A stretch of 50,463 bases of DNA, filler included, from Catajapyx aquilonaris (lineage: Eukaryota), in the NCBI GenBank assembly GCA_000934665.2. It is 2 parts of 2 records of this genome, joined end to end, with 100 filler letters (N's around TTAATTAATTAA, not from the genome) between each part and the next. Parts side by side here need not be neighbours in the genome. Positions count along the whole stretch, not along the records: positions 1 to 25,243 come from KZ539350.1; positions 25,344 to 50,463 come from JYFJ02005422.1. One strand, written 5' to 3'. How positions within the stretch are numbered: position 1 is the first letter of the stretch; each line of letters begins with the position of its first letter. Under the pieces are notes generated by a model. The model was not told the origin of the DNA, made no database searches, and saw nothing but the letters and a program-made list of their open reading frames with translations. Below are positions 24,832 to 38,951 of the stretch, one piece after another. Both the position numbers and the translations under genes were made by a program.

Positions 24832-25243
24832 AACCAGAGGAAAAACCAAATAACCAACGATAATGCGACAAAATCACAAAACTTGGGCAAAAGACAAAGA
24901 CAGTGCAAGCAAGTATCACTTGCTCTGGACTCTACCGCTTATAGCCTGTTTCCACTTGCACCAGACTTGCACAATATTTTGCCAAATATTTTTCCAATCA
25001 GAGGAAAATTTAGAAAAATATTTGGCATACCGTCAACCGGGGTGACTTTACACAGAAAAAGCACATTTCTGCACATTTGTGGTCGGCATGGGTCTCTGTG
25101 ACAAATTCTGACCACTTTTTCTGGGCACCTGGTGAGGACCTCGTATGCTGCATATGTTGGCACATTGACCTCTGTCCTGGGACGAATTGGTAAAATACAA
25201 AAAAATAGAACTCAGCTTGTGTAAAGTAACCCCAAGACGGGGT

Positions 25244-25343
25244 NNNNNNNNNNNNNNNNNNNNNNNNNNNNNNNNNNNNNNNNNNNNTTAATTAATTAAN
25301 NNNNNNNNNNNNNNNNNNNNNNNNNNNNNNNNNNNNNNNNNNN
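25244..25343. other. Assembly gap with artificial linker (44 N + TTAATTAATTAA + 44 N)
   Basis: A symmetric 100-nt block with a stop-in-all-frames spacer at 25288-25299. Confidence 0.9.
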
Positions 25344-26149
25344 CCCCCCCCCCCACCTCGCAAAGCGAGTCTGTCAATAAGATTCTTTGCAAGTGCTTTG
25401 TTATCAATGCCTGATAATTGTGGGCCAAGCTGTAAGACAGTGTCTGTAAGCAAGCCATGCCAAAAAATCATGACCAGTTACTGGTAATAAAAGAATCGAC
25501 CAGGAATGAGCAACTGTCACCCAAAGAGGTACATTCAATCTTGTGGACAGTTCGGGAAGAGGTGTAGGTCAGTCTTTGGACAGAAATGGTATTCATACTG
25601 AATACGAGTACACTGTCCTACAAAAAAAACAATTTTTTTCTATTTTCTGAAGATTTGAATGGTGATTCCTATTGTACTTTTTGCGCTGAATCCGAATATC
25701 TGCTCAGAAGGTTTCTGTCACGCACAGTTTTTGAGATATATCCTTTTAAAGTTTGGAACGGTTTACTAGGGGTCTTTCCGAATCAAGTGGGACTAAATGT
25801 TGCTAGACCGTCTCGGATCTTGGTCAAAATAATCGCACTCAACTATTCCTTAATGCTGCTTATAAAGTTTCACCCATATTTCGCAATACCATGATGAGGG
25901 AAAAAAATCGCAAAAATCTGGAAATGGCTGAAAATGCTACCTTTTTTGGATAATTTCTTTCGGTTAGTGGAATTGGTCAAAACCCAATGAACATATATGG
26001 AGGGCTCGGGAGAAAAACGTGATAACCGCCAGTGAAAAAATTCAAAAAGTTCTCTGCCTGATTTTTTCCGGGGACACAAATGAATCACGGAATGTGTCGT
26101 CTGGTAGGGAACCGTACCTTCATGAGTATTCGTGAATTTTTTCCCACCT

Positions 26150-26310
26150 GCAGAGAGAGTCAGTCGCTGGCAGTCAGCCTTTGAGTGACCGAGGGTACTC
26201 GGCGCCCGTTGAATTTTCATTTCCGCGAAAATGACGGAACAACTTGAACAGAGTACGACACACGACTCGTCACCAGTAATCACAGTGTTCAGGAAGTTTG
26301 ATGAGTCCAA
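26150..26310. mobile_element. Rearranged mariner relic
   Basis: The + strand reads ...aaaATGACGGAACAACTTGAACAG (MTEQLEQ, a mariner-like start), abutting minus-strand NFLNTVITGDESCV (first catalytic motif). Confidence 0.5.
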
Positions 26311-26491
26311 AATATCATGATAAACTTACATCTCCGTCGATCGTGGGTCATACGAGTCACTAGAGGTCCAGAAAAGGTTGTCCATAGAGTTTCGTCGAAA
26401 TAAGATTGGGAATAATGCTGGATAATCAGGATAAACATTTCGTCCATAGAGTCTTGATGAACGAGCTGTACAGTACAGTAGCCTACTACAC

Positions 26492-26730
26492 AGTCCGTGT
26501 CATTCGGGAGATCCTGGGTTCAATCCCGGTGGTTTCGCGTTCGATCCCCAGGTCGGACAGAGGACACTTTCTCATGGTGAAAGCAGTTTCGAGAGGTTCA
26601 CTTTATGTTCGCGTGGGTTTTCTCGCAGTTATCCCGTTTCATCCCACAGTAGTTTCCGACCAAAAATCTCCTTCTCACCCTCCCCTACACCATATCACCC
26701 CCTCATCAACGAACCAACGAACCATCAACC
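26492..26730 (+). mobile_element. Degenerate family C SINE
   Basis: gttcgatccccaggtcggacagaggacactt...cgcgtgggttttctcgcagttatcccgtttcatcccac aligns with the 43039 copy; aacgaaccaac tail. Confidence 0.6.
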
Positions 26731-27384
26731 CCGGGTGCTTTTTGGTCTTTATGTTAGTCTACGGTTCCTTCCATGAAAATTCCGAGATAGCTTTTCTGCC
26801 AAGATTGGCCACAGCCATTTTCTGCTAAGAAATGCACATTACCATTGCTTTCTATCTGAAATAGCGCAGTGATCGAGAGGGGCAAAGAAAGGTTTGCGTT
26901 TCGCCCAAGGCCCACCAAGACAGGCAGTCATAACTGAGTATCACACTAACCCTCATCATGCCACGGTGCTGCCCTCACCTCTAACTTAACCTACGTAATA
27001 GAGCCAATACAAATAGTAAGTTCTCTAAAATAATGAGCAAATTATTAAGTTAATTAATTGACTAAATTAACCAAAGGATAAAAAAGACCGATGTCCAACA
27101 AGGTGATGAAAGTGTTGTCTGTGATGATCTGTTCCTGGAATAGATAACCATTTACTTACCACATAGGCTTAGAGCATATTATAAAGTGTGGGTTATCGGC
27201 TACTTTTTGTTTTGACTAAAAAAGGTTATTCTACTCACCCACCATTTTTCTACTAATTAGTTAGTGCCATCGAATCATTCATGTACGATATCATCGGCCG
27301 TATGTAAGGCTCGTATGTAAGGTAGTGTGTCCACGGTATATGATCTATAGTACTATAGTCCATTCTGAAGCTTCCATACTGTAA

Positions 27385-27615
27385 CCTTTATAATTGATAT
27401 TAGGGAGGTTGGCCCGGCATTACCTCTCAACCTTCAAGGATAGGGAAGGAAGGAAGCGGTTGTGGCCTATTATACGGAAGCGACCCCGGAATTATCCTAG
27501 AAAGACCGTGGAAAACCACAGAAAACCACCGTCAGGGTTGCCGGCCCCGGGATTCGAACCCAGGACCTCCCGATTAGCAGTCGGACGCCTTATCCACCAT
27601 GCCAACCTGCTTCGG
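27385..27615 (-). mobile_element. tRNA-derived SINE (family A) with 13-bp target-site duplication
   Basis: Minus strand: A-box TGGCATGGTGG, B-box GGTTCGAATCC, same body as the 18032 copy; TSD ttccatactgtaa at 27372-27384 and 27616-27628. Confidence 0.85.
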
Positions 27616-29296
27616 TTCCATACTGTAATCGTCAGCATAATATACGTAGATTCTTAATTAGGACAAAGTGAATATGATTTTGAAATCGGGGTTTCACCCT
27701 AAGTCGGGTATGGAAAAGCTGCCTCTGATTATCAGCAATACATCCCATCCGATGTATTTGTCTTTTTTAAACGTATAAAAAAAATCCACATGGCACAAAT
27801 AATAATAATCGGAACCACCACGGGAAGGTTGCAGATGACGGATCCAAATGAAACGATCGAACCCTGCCACCTGTTTCCTCTAAGTTTCCTGACCACCTTT
27901 CCCAATGCCGTGGAGTGCTGCTTCACACTGCAGAAAGATAAATCGGAATTTTAGCGACCCCTACTGTTACATAGTACTACGCTGAAAACAAGTTAGACTT
28001 AAGGTCAGTTCACAGTTGTGCCAAAGCAAATTAGAGAGGAAATCTCAGATTATATGAAGACCACCTGAGGTGAAACTGAGATAATCCAATTTTAAATTTC
28101 GAAGGCCCATAATAATTTTCCATTGTTAATCCCACTTTCGGGGCCTTCCATAGTGATCTGTGATCATTACTCCACAATTACAACCATGACCAAATCATCA
28201 TATTCTACACTAGGGAAAATATCTTCTGAGATATGTAACTCATTTTTGACAAAAAGTGGACCTTGATCTTTCTTCCCCGGAGGTCTTCATATATTGTGAT
28301 TTTCAATACTTAATCTGAGGTCCGGCAATGTGAAAGAAAATTAGAGAAAGTCTCCGATAATATTTGTAGATTTGCACAATAATTCATCATCCGATATAGT
28401 CTGATATTCGGCCGAAATTAGAGGCCGCAGAGTTCTTGCGGAGATTAAGGGGCACTTTTATTGTGTGAAGTTTCAAATGTGCCCAGGTATCACGCGGTCA
28501 AAAAATTGGAAGGTTCTGTAATTTCTTCAAAAACACTGGCTATAGTAGGAGAGGATTGGTGATAATAAGAATCAGTCACAACCTGGCAGGTAGATCCTAT
28601 ACCGTTGGAGTTTCTGTTATCCCTGGTTTGTCCTGAAAAGTGACTATTGCTTTCTATGACACCAACTTGTTGAGCTGTAAATCTACAACACACCTTGATA
28701 TACATCATACAAGAATAATGCATGGTCCTTCTCATTCCAAGCCTGAGGAAGAAAGAAGCTGAATAAATGAAGGCACCGTTCGCCCAACATCGATCGGTTC
28801 CAACAGACGGCGGATGGCCTCGACCACTTTATTCACTCACCTTTCACAATGAGTAAGTGTCCATCCACCTCAGTCAGATATCCTCTCATCGAAAGAAGCT
28901 AGTTAATGTTAGTGTTTTAGGCCTCAGCTACGTCGTAGGCCTACATGCAGAGGAAGGTTCATTTCCATGACGATGGGCCCTGATATAACTTGATGAACCC
29001 GGAAGATATTTTGGAAACAGTGCCAGCAAGATCATTCTGCAAGATCCTGCCGAAGTTAATAACACCCTTGTCTGCTCTCCGGGGTGGGCTAATGACGGAG
29101 TACGCCGATATTATAATAATCATTACTATGCCAGAATATAGATCTAGACTCTAAATTTTTTTCTTCACCTTCATCTGATCAGGTACAGTACACGTATTAG
29201 TCTATATAGTTGCATTGAAGTGAAACCCACTGTAAAAGACGCTGCTAGTGCTGGACTACGGTCTCACAAGAATAAGCTGAAAGAGAAGGAAGGGGG

Positions 29297-29322
<26 letters not shown>
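29297..29322. repeat. (GA)n microsatellite
   Basis: Visible directly. Confidence 0.9.
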
Positions 29323-29328
<6 letters not shown>

Positions 29329-29394
29329 AAATTTCATTCTCATATGCTGCAGCTAACGAGCGTCTGAGAAAGTTATGCAATTTTCTGAGAAATA

Positions 29395-29990
29395 CAGTAA
29401 AACTTCTATGTCGAATCTCCATGGGACCGGGAAAAAACTTCGAGTTATAGAAGATTCGAGTTAGAGAAGTTTGGCTTTTTTTAAGCACGGAATTCCATAA
29501 GGAAGCATACCTTCATATCCAGTGACGAAAGGTGTTCAAAACTTAAAAATAACTGTCACTATCACACTTACAATGTTCGTCGTTTTGTTGTAAAGAAATC
29601 TCCGTTATGGACATTTGCCTACTCTTAGATTCAAGGATTCAATTGTCACAATCGAGTCAAGCACTTGTTTCGGTACGTCTGGTAGATGGAGGTCAGGAAA
29701 TTGAGCCTCTCTGTACATGTGGCCTCCTCTCGACCCTTCGGCTGGGAAATGAGAAAATATTTTCCGTACTCGCCAACATGAACTTCGACTTAGGGAGACT
29801 GAAAATGCATTGATATCCCATCGTAAGGCCCTGCCTGCACTTCGAATTATGGAGAACTTCGAGTTATAGAAATTCTAGCTAGGGAAGTTTATTCCCTATT
29901 ATTTTACATTGTGACCAACCAAGCTGATCATTTTCTTCGACTTATAGAGAACTTCGACTTAGGGAAGTTCGACTTATAGAAGTTTTACTG
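29395..29990. mobile_element. pogo/Tigger-like non-autonomous DNA transposon
   Basis: TA|cagtaaaacttctat ... atagaagttttactg|TA, with multiple subterminal ttcga(g/c)ttatag repeats. Confidence 0.85.
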
Positions 29991-32900
29991 TATTTCCCTT
30001 CCGAAATCTGATAACATGACAAAGACGCTGAAAAGAAATTGCAGGTTTTGTAATGCAGATTTAGTCCTATAGAATATGATGATCTGATGATATTGGTGCC
30101 ACTATCATACACTGTGTCATACATCTCACAAAACATTTGTGTCTGATCTACGGGAACAGAGTCGTCAAAAGGGAGTTGCCCTGGTCCGCTGGAAATGACA
30201 CACTCATATAAGTCATATTATACAATGTGTCATAATTATGTCATATTTGTGTGGTAATGCTGACTGTTACAAAAGTCATTCACAAGAACTGGTGAGTTCA
30301 AGATTTGGATACTAAAATATACTTTTCCATAATTTCTTGTAGTACAGGAAGATTGAGTGCTATAGAAAAATTAGGGTGTGTTCTTCCCCTACATGATGGT
30401 CTGAGTGAGTCATGTCCCTTCTTGATATAATCGCAACGACAAAACTAGCGTACCGTATATTTATATTTCAGCCGTTTGGAAGAATCGCCGACCTGCTATA
30501 TCTGTGGACATTTTATACCATTAGAGAACTCATCTGACAGTATGGTCAATACGGTTAATTCTGTGGTTCAGTGTTCATAAAAAGGATCGGTGAATTTGAC
30601 TCATCTTTTTCCCCACGTATTTTTTTGTTTGTTTATTCACACCATGCGAGAGAGAACGAAACACAGTTGCAATAATTAATTATATGATCCATAATAGATA
30701 TATTTATATCTTTGAAATAAGGACAGTGCTCTTCACAATCTGGAGTGGAGTTCGGAATGTGATAAACAATCTCGATCGAGAAGAGTTTGGCAAATGAATC
30801 CATTTTTTTGGTTTTTACAAGAAGTTGACTAACCTAATACACAGCAATAAAAAATGAAGGACAAATAAACACTTGAAAATGTTGGAGGGATTCAAAACAA
30901 CGCTGACCACTAGATGTCCTAGTGAAGACAAACTAATAGGTAAGTTACACAGTTTCGACAAAGAAATTAATGGCCTCAAACTTGCTTGAACACTCTGAAA
31001 GGAAAGTAATGTGAGAGACACTCCCATGCAAACCTTTCGTGCCGAATGATGAGTGGCAGGCAGGCTATTGTATGTACACATATTATGTCGATTTTTAATC
31101 CTGTACATATAACTATACGTGTACATGTTATTGGTCATGTAGTACCAAGTCCTGCCTGAGGATGGCCACTATGAACTTGATTACTCAACTCGTTCGGGTT
31201 TCTGATGTCGAAAATCAATCATTTGGAACAAATTCAAATCCCAAGTTTTGTATATAGTTAGTACTGAAAATTATTTACAAAGTTACTCTTACTATCCTTC
31301 TCGGAAGTCAGTGCACTCTACCACAGTTCAGATATGGTACCAGAAGCAGCTATTTAACTCGGGCATATTCAATCAATTTCATATATAATAAAAATTAACG
31401 GCTTCGATTGAGAAATGAGCATTTGGAATAGAAGCATCTCCTCAATATTGTTCATATTAGTTGGCTACTGTATAATTTTGTTGGTGCAGGTAGGGCAGGA
31501 TGAGGACAGGGTCACAATATTCTACAGTGAGGTTTCAGATTTGATAATGCTGCACGTAACAACACTCTTGAACCTGGTGCAAATGATCTAACTCTAACTT
31601 AATTTGCTTGTTTTTGCACGTAAAATATTACATCCAACAAAGTATTGGTCACAGAGATTGTAATACAGCACACTGTCATGGATTTGGATACCTGTCCTAT
31701 TTTATGACCAGATATAACCCAGCTTGATGATTTGAACTTGAATTTTTTTTACCCTACCTGCAAAGCTTAGTGAGTGTTTTTTCCCAATTTATTTCTTAAG
31801 CCAAAATTAATTTATAATGATGCCTTATTAAGCCAGTTAAGCAGCTGCAGTTTGGTTTAAAGTTTCAGTCACCGGGTATACTTCACAGGCCTTCGAGGAC
31901 TTCTATAAGTTCTACAGTACAGTTTCTTTGAGTTCTTGATTTTTGCTTCAGTTTTCATCACTCACTTTCCAATATTTGCGCCATTAGAGCGTGAGTGTAG
32001 CCTCTTACAAGTGTATTGTACCTCTCACACACTGGTAGAGATTTACTTTGCCTGAATAGTATAGCATCCGAAAAAAAAACATTTCGTAAAAGTAACAAAT
32101 TACATAACTGGAATAGCATGTTATGTTGTTAGATACCGAGATACAAAGGCAATACCATCTTTACATACACTTTGGAGTGACTTCTCAAAACGCAACATCA
32201 TTCGATACAAAATGAAATAAATTCATATTACACCAAATTGGGAAATAATTCTTTCCCCAGTATACAAGGACTCGGATAGTTTTGGAATTCAGCATTTCCT
32301 AGGCTGATATCGCATCTACTAGTAGTACTGCACATGAGAATGTAAACTTTAGCTCTTCCTGGACCACATATATTGCGTATTGAAGAGTAACTCCTTAGTC
32401 TCATTTTGTTTTCGGACGGAAATGATCTACATTTGTGACAAGTATAACAAACACTAAAATCGTCTTATATGTTGGTCGCATCGGACGGAAAATTAACGAC
32501 TTAATTCAATATATACCATTTACCATCTTGCTCCTCAGGCATTATACAATAATCTCCTGCTGCTCTTTTGTATTTTACTGCAGCTCTCTCAAGCATTTCA
32601 AACATGATAGATATATCTTACATTACCCTCACAAAGGTTTTTAATATGATTATGATTATGATTATGATTATTACTATTATTATTCTTATTCTTATTATTA
32701 TTATTATCAAACAACGCAATCGTCTACTTGTAAACAATTCTTTAAAAAAACCCCTGCTAAAACAATGTTAACCGGAACTTACGGTACTTGGAATGTTTGT
32801 TCTTTGCAGGGCCCTGTTCACTCATGTGCGTGATGCCAATTCAATATTTTCGCACATTCCCCAGTATCTAGGCCAGCAGTAATTACTGCATCAATTACTG

Positions 32901-35697
32901 TTTTCGCCTGTTGATAAATCCGTATTGAATACACTCGTAAACAATACTTAAGAGTTATATTAATTTCATTTGGAAGAAGTTGTAGAGCATTATAAGTGAG
33001 AACAGGGGGCCGTTCGCCATCTCTTTGGTGATGTGCTCATTCACTACCACACTCCAGTGAAAATGGGATATTGGGTCAGTTATTTGGGTCAAAGATTTTA
33101 ACAACTTGATTACACGAAGGGAAAAAAACCCACAGTGGCAAGTTGTATTTATGGTGTCAGTGTCACAGTCTGATCACAACAAATGGTATCTAAGGTTCAA
33201 ATCTGTACTGATGAGTAAAATCACACAAATGCCACAGAGTACAAAATAATAAATATGCCATTTTGGCTGTCTGTTTCGCATTAGAAGAAAACCAGATGAG
33301 AATAATATTGGCTAAAACCCAGAGATATTCCACGTAGCAAAATAATCATGCAATCACCGATTAAGTGAGGGAACACTTGAGGTTATTATTATGTGAGCCC
33401 CTGGTCTGTGCGTGTATTTCCTTAGATTGCGCCCAAATATGAAGAGGCAGCCACCTCCAGTATCATTTTGCTTTGTCATGTGGCTCTCAGGCGAATAGGC
33501 TACCTGATTCGTATCAACATTCAAATTCGCGTTTTGTTTAAGGCACTTCTGGACGGTTCATTCCAACTCATATTGTATTGTCAGTAAAGTAGTACAATTC
33601 TCACACCGTTTGAAGTGGTGCCGTCTTTTGTAACAATCGTTTCTAGCAGTTATTATTATTGTCAAGTGATGATCTCCTTGGACAACAGGTTACTGTACTT
33701 GTAGCTTATTTTGTTATAGGAATGGTCTATTGCGGTAGTATTCAGCGAATGTCGATGAATTCATAAGGTCATTTTGCAGCATTGAAATTCGGCAATTCCT
33801 TTGCTCTGCTCTTATGAACATCACCTTTGCAGCTGGAGAGTGTCATGGTACACACCAAAGAGATGTGACGATCGCTAAAAACTGAGGATGATTGGGAAGC
33901 CGGGGGATAGGGTAGGGGGGCAAAATAGCGAGCAAAAATATTCGCTGTACACCTCCTCCTAACTCCTGAGTATGCTTGAAATACAATGGACGGATCATCT
34001 TGGACATCCTCAATGAAAAGGGAATAGTCCTTATACATCTACTGCCAATAAATAATTTGTTACTCATATACATTTCCCTCATCGCACGTGGCAAATAAAA
34101 CGACACAACAAAGTACTGGATGAATGAGTTACGTGACACTCTGTTACTATAACAATAACGTTTCCTTAACTGCGTGGTACTTCTGCTGTACTCAATAACT
34201 CTTAATAGCAAACCATTTCCTGCTCTAAATGTACTGAACATGGCATGAAATGATTGATCAAGGGCTTCAGGGACATTAGAGAACTTATCGGAGAGATACA
34301 TTTTAGGGAAGGAAAGGATGTCACAGACATTCTTCCTGTTGACTATAGCAAAATAGTTGCGATGAGCATCTATCTGTGTATCTATTTAAAGGGCTATGCC
34401 CCATATAGACCCTATAGGCAGCACTCTTGATGAAATCAAGCTGTGACGTACGATGCATCTGGCGGGCGGGGGAGAGGGAAATGGGAAATGTCCTGTTCGC
34501 ATGTCAGATATATAGCATGATTGAGCCATAATTAATAATTATTATCAGTGGAATGGTTATCAAGGAGAAGAGGAAATGGTCGTCTTCAGTCGATAATTTT
34601 TGGTTAGTTGATTGGAAAGGGTCAATTCTTTGACAACATTATGTTGCGAAATGAATATGTCACAATACGTTTTTTTCAAGCAGCACCCCGGAGATTTGCG
34701 CTCCAGTTATAAATTTCCTTTTGAAATTCTAGGGCTTTAAAGCTGTATTGTGTAAAATCTTTGTAAAATCAATTAAGCCTTGTTGTTGTCAGCATGATAT
34801 TGAGTTACGTCCTAATTTCTGAATGGTTACGAACCCGATATTATTAAGATATTGATTTTTACACTCCACGGCAGTTCGTGCTGCGTATTCATTATTTTTT
34901 TACATGCTTCGGTAACATGTTGGATAGAATTACTTAGGACTTAATGAAACCCAAATTTGGGAGCAAAAATATTGTTCTTAGAATTCAAGAGCTTTGTATC
35001 ATTTACGCTCCCATCAGGTTTCATTAGTGTCACTATATGACTACAATGCAGTAATAGACTATTGATTGCTATTCGGGGGCTTGTCGGTAGGAAATGATTA
35101 TCTATTCAGCAGGCATGCACGAGTGTTGTTCATTAGGAACTGCAGGGCTTACTAGTCATCTTGGAACACCATAATCAATTGATACTGCATATGCTTGAGC
35201 CGCTTGAGTTTCCCATCTTGTTAGACATCTGAGCATCACAGATGAGAACTCTTAGACCAACAGACTGTATCTGATTACGCAAGTTTCCATAACAGTTATA
35301 AATTGTTTTATAGAATACCGCAGTTAACAGTACCATTTCGAAAGAGTTGGGGCAACACAAATAATAATCAGTAAATGCATGGCCGATCTCTATAAATAAA
35401 TTACCTGCAATCGCACTTTCACAGCTTGATTTTCTGCCTAACGTGCAACTCATCACATTTAGCAAGCTCCCATAATAATGTCAGTGACACATCAATATCC
35501 CTCTATTGGAATCCCCCTGGATCAATACTCACCAGCAGTGCTATTAAGAAACGACATATGTCATAAAGTATGGTATAGGAAACGTGTAGCACAAAAATCT
35601 GCATGTGATTGAGCAATGGAGAAATGTGGTATTTTTGGTTGTCGTTTTCATATGACCGAATCCCAAAGTTGGAGAATAGACACAAGAAAAGCACCAT

Positions 35698-36732
<1,035 letters not shown>

Positions 36733-36914
36733 TCACCATAATTAGGATTGTTAGTGTATCTTAGCCATCTTTTCAATTTTACTATTGCGCACAATGACAC
36801 ATTTAAAATTGTTGACAAAACTAAACATACCGTATAAATATATTACTTTGGGTTGTAATTTTTCGATGAATATTGAGCAGCCATGATTTTAGTTAGTTGT
36901 GAACGTAGAGAGCT

Positions 36915-37103
36915 GCTGAGCACTTATTGTGTGGCAACAATACTGCTGGTTGTTTTGTGCCGCCGCAGGCCAACAAATGTTATTGTGGCTTTGCGAAGCA
37001 CATTCCAGCGATTGGCCAAGCCACAATAATGTTCGTTGGCCTGCGGCACACAAAGACGGACAATATTGTTGGGCGGATACGCAACCCACAATAAGTGCTC
37101 AGC
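36915..37103. mobile_element. Small foldback element near the FoxJ1 exon 2 acceptor
   Basis: Termini gctgagcacttattgtg / cacaataagtgctcagc, plus an internal inverted block gccgcaggccaac...ttattgtggctt / aagccacaataa...gttggcctgcggc. Confidence 0.7.
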
Positions 37104-37465
37104 TCGCTATACGCTCGAAAATAACTAAACTCATCGGGCAATGCGACGGACCGTGCCTGGCAGGACCACAACAAAGGACAGGCCTGGTGCGGTCACCCCA
37201 AAGCCCCACAGCCACACCAACTCGAAGGGCTCCATCCATCGCACCATCACCTCCATATCCATAGATATATTAATAAGCAGGAACGAGAAGAACTTGCTGT
37301 GGCTGTTCTGAAACAACCACACCTTGTTTTGAAGGCTGTTTTGAACACTGTTTTGAAGGCGACCACACCTAGGTCTGGCAGCCTTCCAAACAGCCAGACC
37401 TAGGTCTGGTAGTTTTTTTCGGCCAATGGCCGTTTTCGGGGTTTGAGCCTAACATATACGGCATA

Positions 37466-37993
37466 CAGTTGAATCCAGATATAACAGTCTCGGTTATAAC
37501 AGACTCGAAAGGCGGGGAGGCGGAGTGGTGCTGCGGTAACGTATGCGCCCACGGATGTTAAGGTCCCGGGTTCGATCCCAGCCCGGGGTTGCCCACTTCA
37601 TCTCGTGCAGAGTTGGGCCATCTAGTTTGGCTTCGTCTCGGGTGAAAATTTCCGCTAGACTAATCCACCCGGGGGAGTTCACAAAATGACCAATATGCGA
37701 CATTACACTTGCACTTTGCACACCCCCTCCTACTTACCCTTGGAACAATTTATTAAATAATATCTTATTATATGGTTCCAAAAATGGTGGTATTCCACCC
37801 CCCCTAAAAAGGGCCTAAGGACGAGGTACAATCAAAAATAAAAAAATAAAAAATAAAAATAAAACAGACTCGAAAGGCCGGTACCGTCGTACTTCCATAA
37901 TGATATGGACTGTGTATTCGGATATAACAGACATAGGTTATAATAGACTGATTTCCGCGGTCCTTTGAAGTATGTTATATCCGGATTCAACTG
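37466..37993. mobile_element. pogo/Tigger-like MITE containing a nested SINE
   Basis: TA|cagttgaatccagatataaca ... tgttatatccggattcaactg|TA (21-bp TIR, 1 mismatch). Confidence 0.8.
37514..37862 (+). mobile_element. tRNA-derived SINE (family B) with 16-bp target-site duplication
   Basis: A-box-like TGGTGCTGCGG, B-box GGTTCGATCCC and an A-rich tail; TSD aacagactcgaaaggc at 37498-37513 and 37863-37878. Confidence 0.85.
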
Positions 37994-38737
37994 TAGTAGC
38001 CTTTTAAATGGTAAATTATTATTGCACTTGTAGCTCCCGTTGTAATTTTGTCATTGTGACAATATCACGTTTAAAGTAAAAAATCATTCAGTTACCCTTC
38101 AGTGGGTAATGAAAAATGAAATTGAAAGTTTGTATTAATGACACCCTTCCCAAACAGGTGGCATGTAATACGTATTACTGTAGTTATAACATAGCTCTAC
38201 GCGGAAAATGAAGCATGCGTGGAGTAAAATAAACAAAACCATACATTTTATCACTCTTTTGCTCAGTTTATAAGTTTGATTATTTTTTTGTCGAAGTACC
38301 TTTTCTCTTCGTTTGCAAAAATGCTGCACCAAAATAATCTCGATAGCAACTATTGATCCTTACAGGGTCGACCTGTCTGCTGGTTTGCAAATGGCAAAGT
38401 AAACAATACGCATAGTGTAGTCATATTTTAGTACTTAGTAGAGGAATTGTGTGTATGAGTATATAGAGCCGCATGAATATCATCGTGTTGGTATAAAATG
38501 CTGTTGCTTTTATACAAGAAAAGAATGTTCCCATGCATGATACTAGTCTTTCTACTGTACAAGAGTTGCGTGCTGATTCCCCTAAATAGCCAGGATAATA
38601 ATCAACAATTTAGTCTTGCTTTGTGATCTTGAATTACTGCTAAATCTTAAAACTGACCTTGCCATTGCACACTGGCTCGGCTACCTGTTTTACTGTATCG
38701 TCAGGCAGTTCTCATGTAGAGTACAGTACTATTATCA

Positions 38738-38942
38738 CCCAAACAAGGATTGTCGCATCCTGGCTTGGATGCAACCCATTGCACAGAATCCACAGATGTG
38801 TGTTGCTTATCTGACCCCGTCCCTTATCTGCTTTGCTCGGCATCGGAGTCTCCTTAGCTGTCTTTGTGGACACACACAAATGCACACCTGTGCAATGGGG
38901 TTGCATCCAAGCCAGGATAACCCGCGATAATCCTTGTTTGGG
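38738..38942. mobile_element. MITE/foldback element
   Basis: Imperfect ~50-bp terminal inverted repeats: cccaaacaaggatt...atcctggcttggatgcaacccattgcacag and ctgtgcaatggggttgcatccaagccaggat...aatccttgtttggg. Confidence 0.75.
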
Positions 38943-38951
38943 CATTGGGCC

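Larger units (their letters stand above)
25031..28900 (-). pseudogene. Putative degenerate multi-exon gene relic resembling Zwilch (RZZ kinetochore complex)
   Basis: AG/GT-bounded segments: 28494-28539 (SVFEEITEPSNFLTA), 27871-27927 (VKQHSTALGKVVRKLRGNR), ~27072-27134 (FITLLDIGL), 26763-26855 (VHFLAENG...YLGIFME), ~25521-25573 (RTVHKIE), 25357-25443 (SLAHNYQALITKHLQRILLTDSLCE), 25031-25176 (EVNVPTYAAYEVLTRCPEK...LFLCKVTPVD). Their order matches my recollection of the Zwilch C-terminal half (LLSKLI, MLLEIGLDKL, RVQKL, QHELLFSLTQ...PLDE, LPVRPTAV...KPQKW...SPID). Several frameshifts are needed. By-eye match only. Confidence 0.42.

Noticed and set aside
25288..25299. Palindromic TTAATTAATTAA
   Set aside because: Centred in a symmetric N block; an assembly linker, not biology.
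27550..27615. tRNA-Ser(GCT)-like gene; similar heads at 37514, 43039 and 44620-44678
   Set aside because: A and B boxes are present, but I see no complete acceptor stem, and each head continues into a repeated SINE body with a tail or TSD.
33769..34301. 152-aa and 89-aa minus-strand ORFs
   Set aside because: No recognisable motif or supporting splice pattern; probably chance ORFs in the FoxJ1 3' region.
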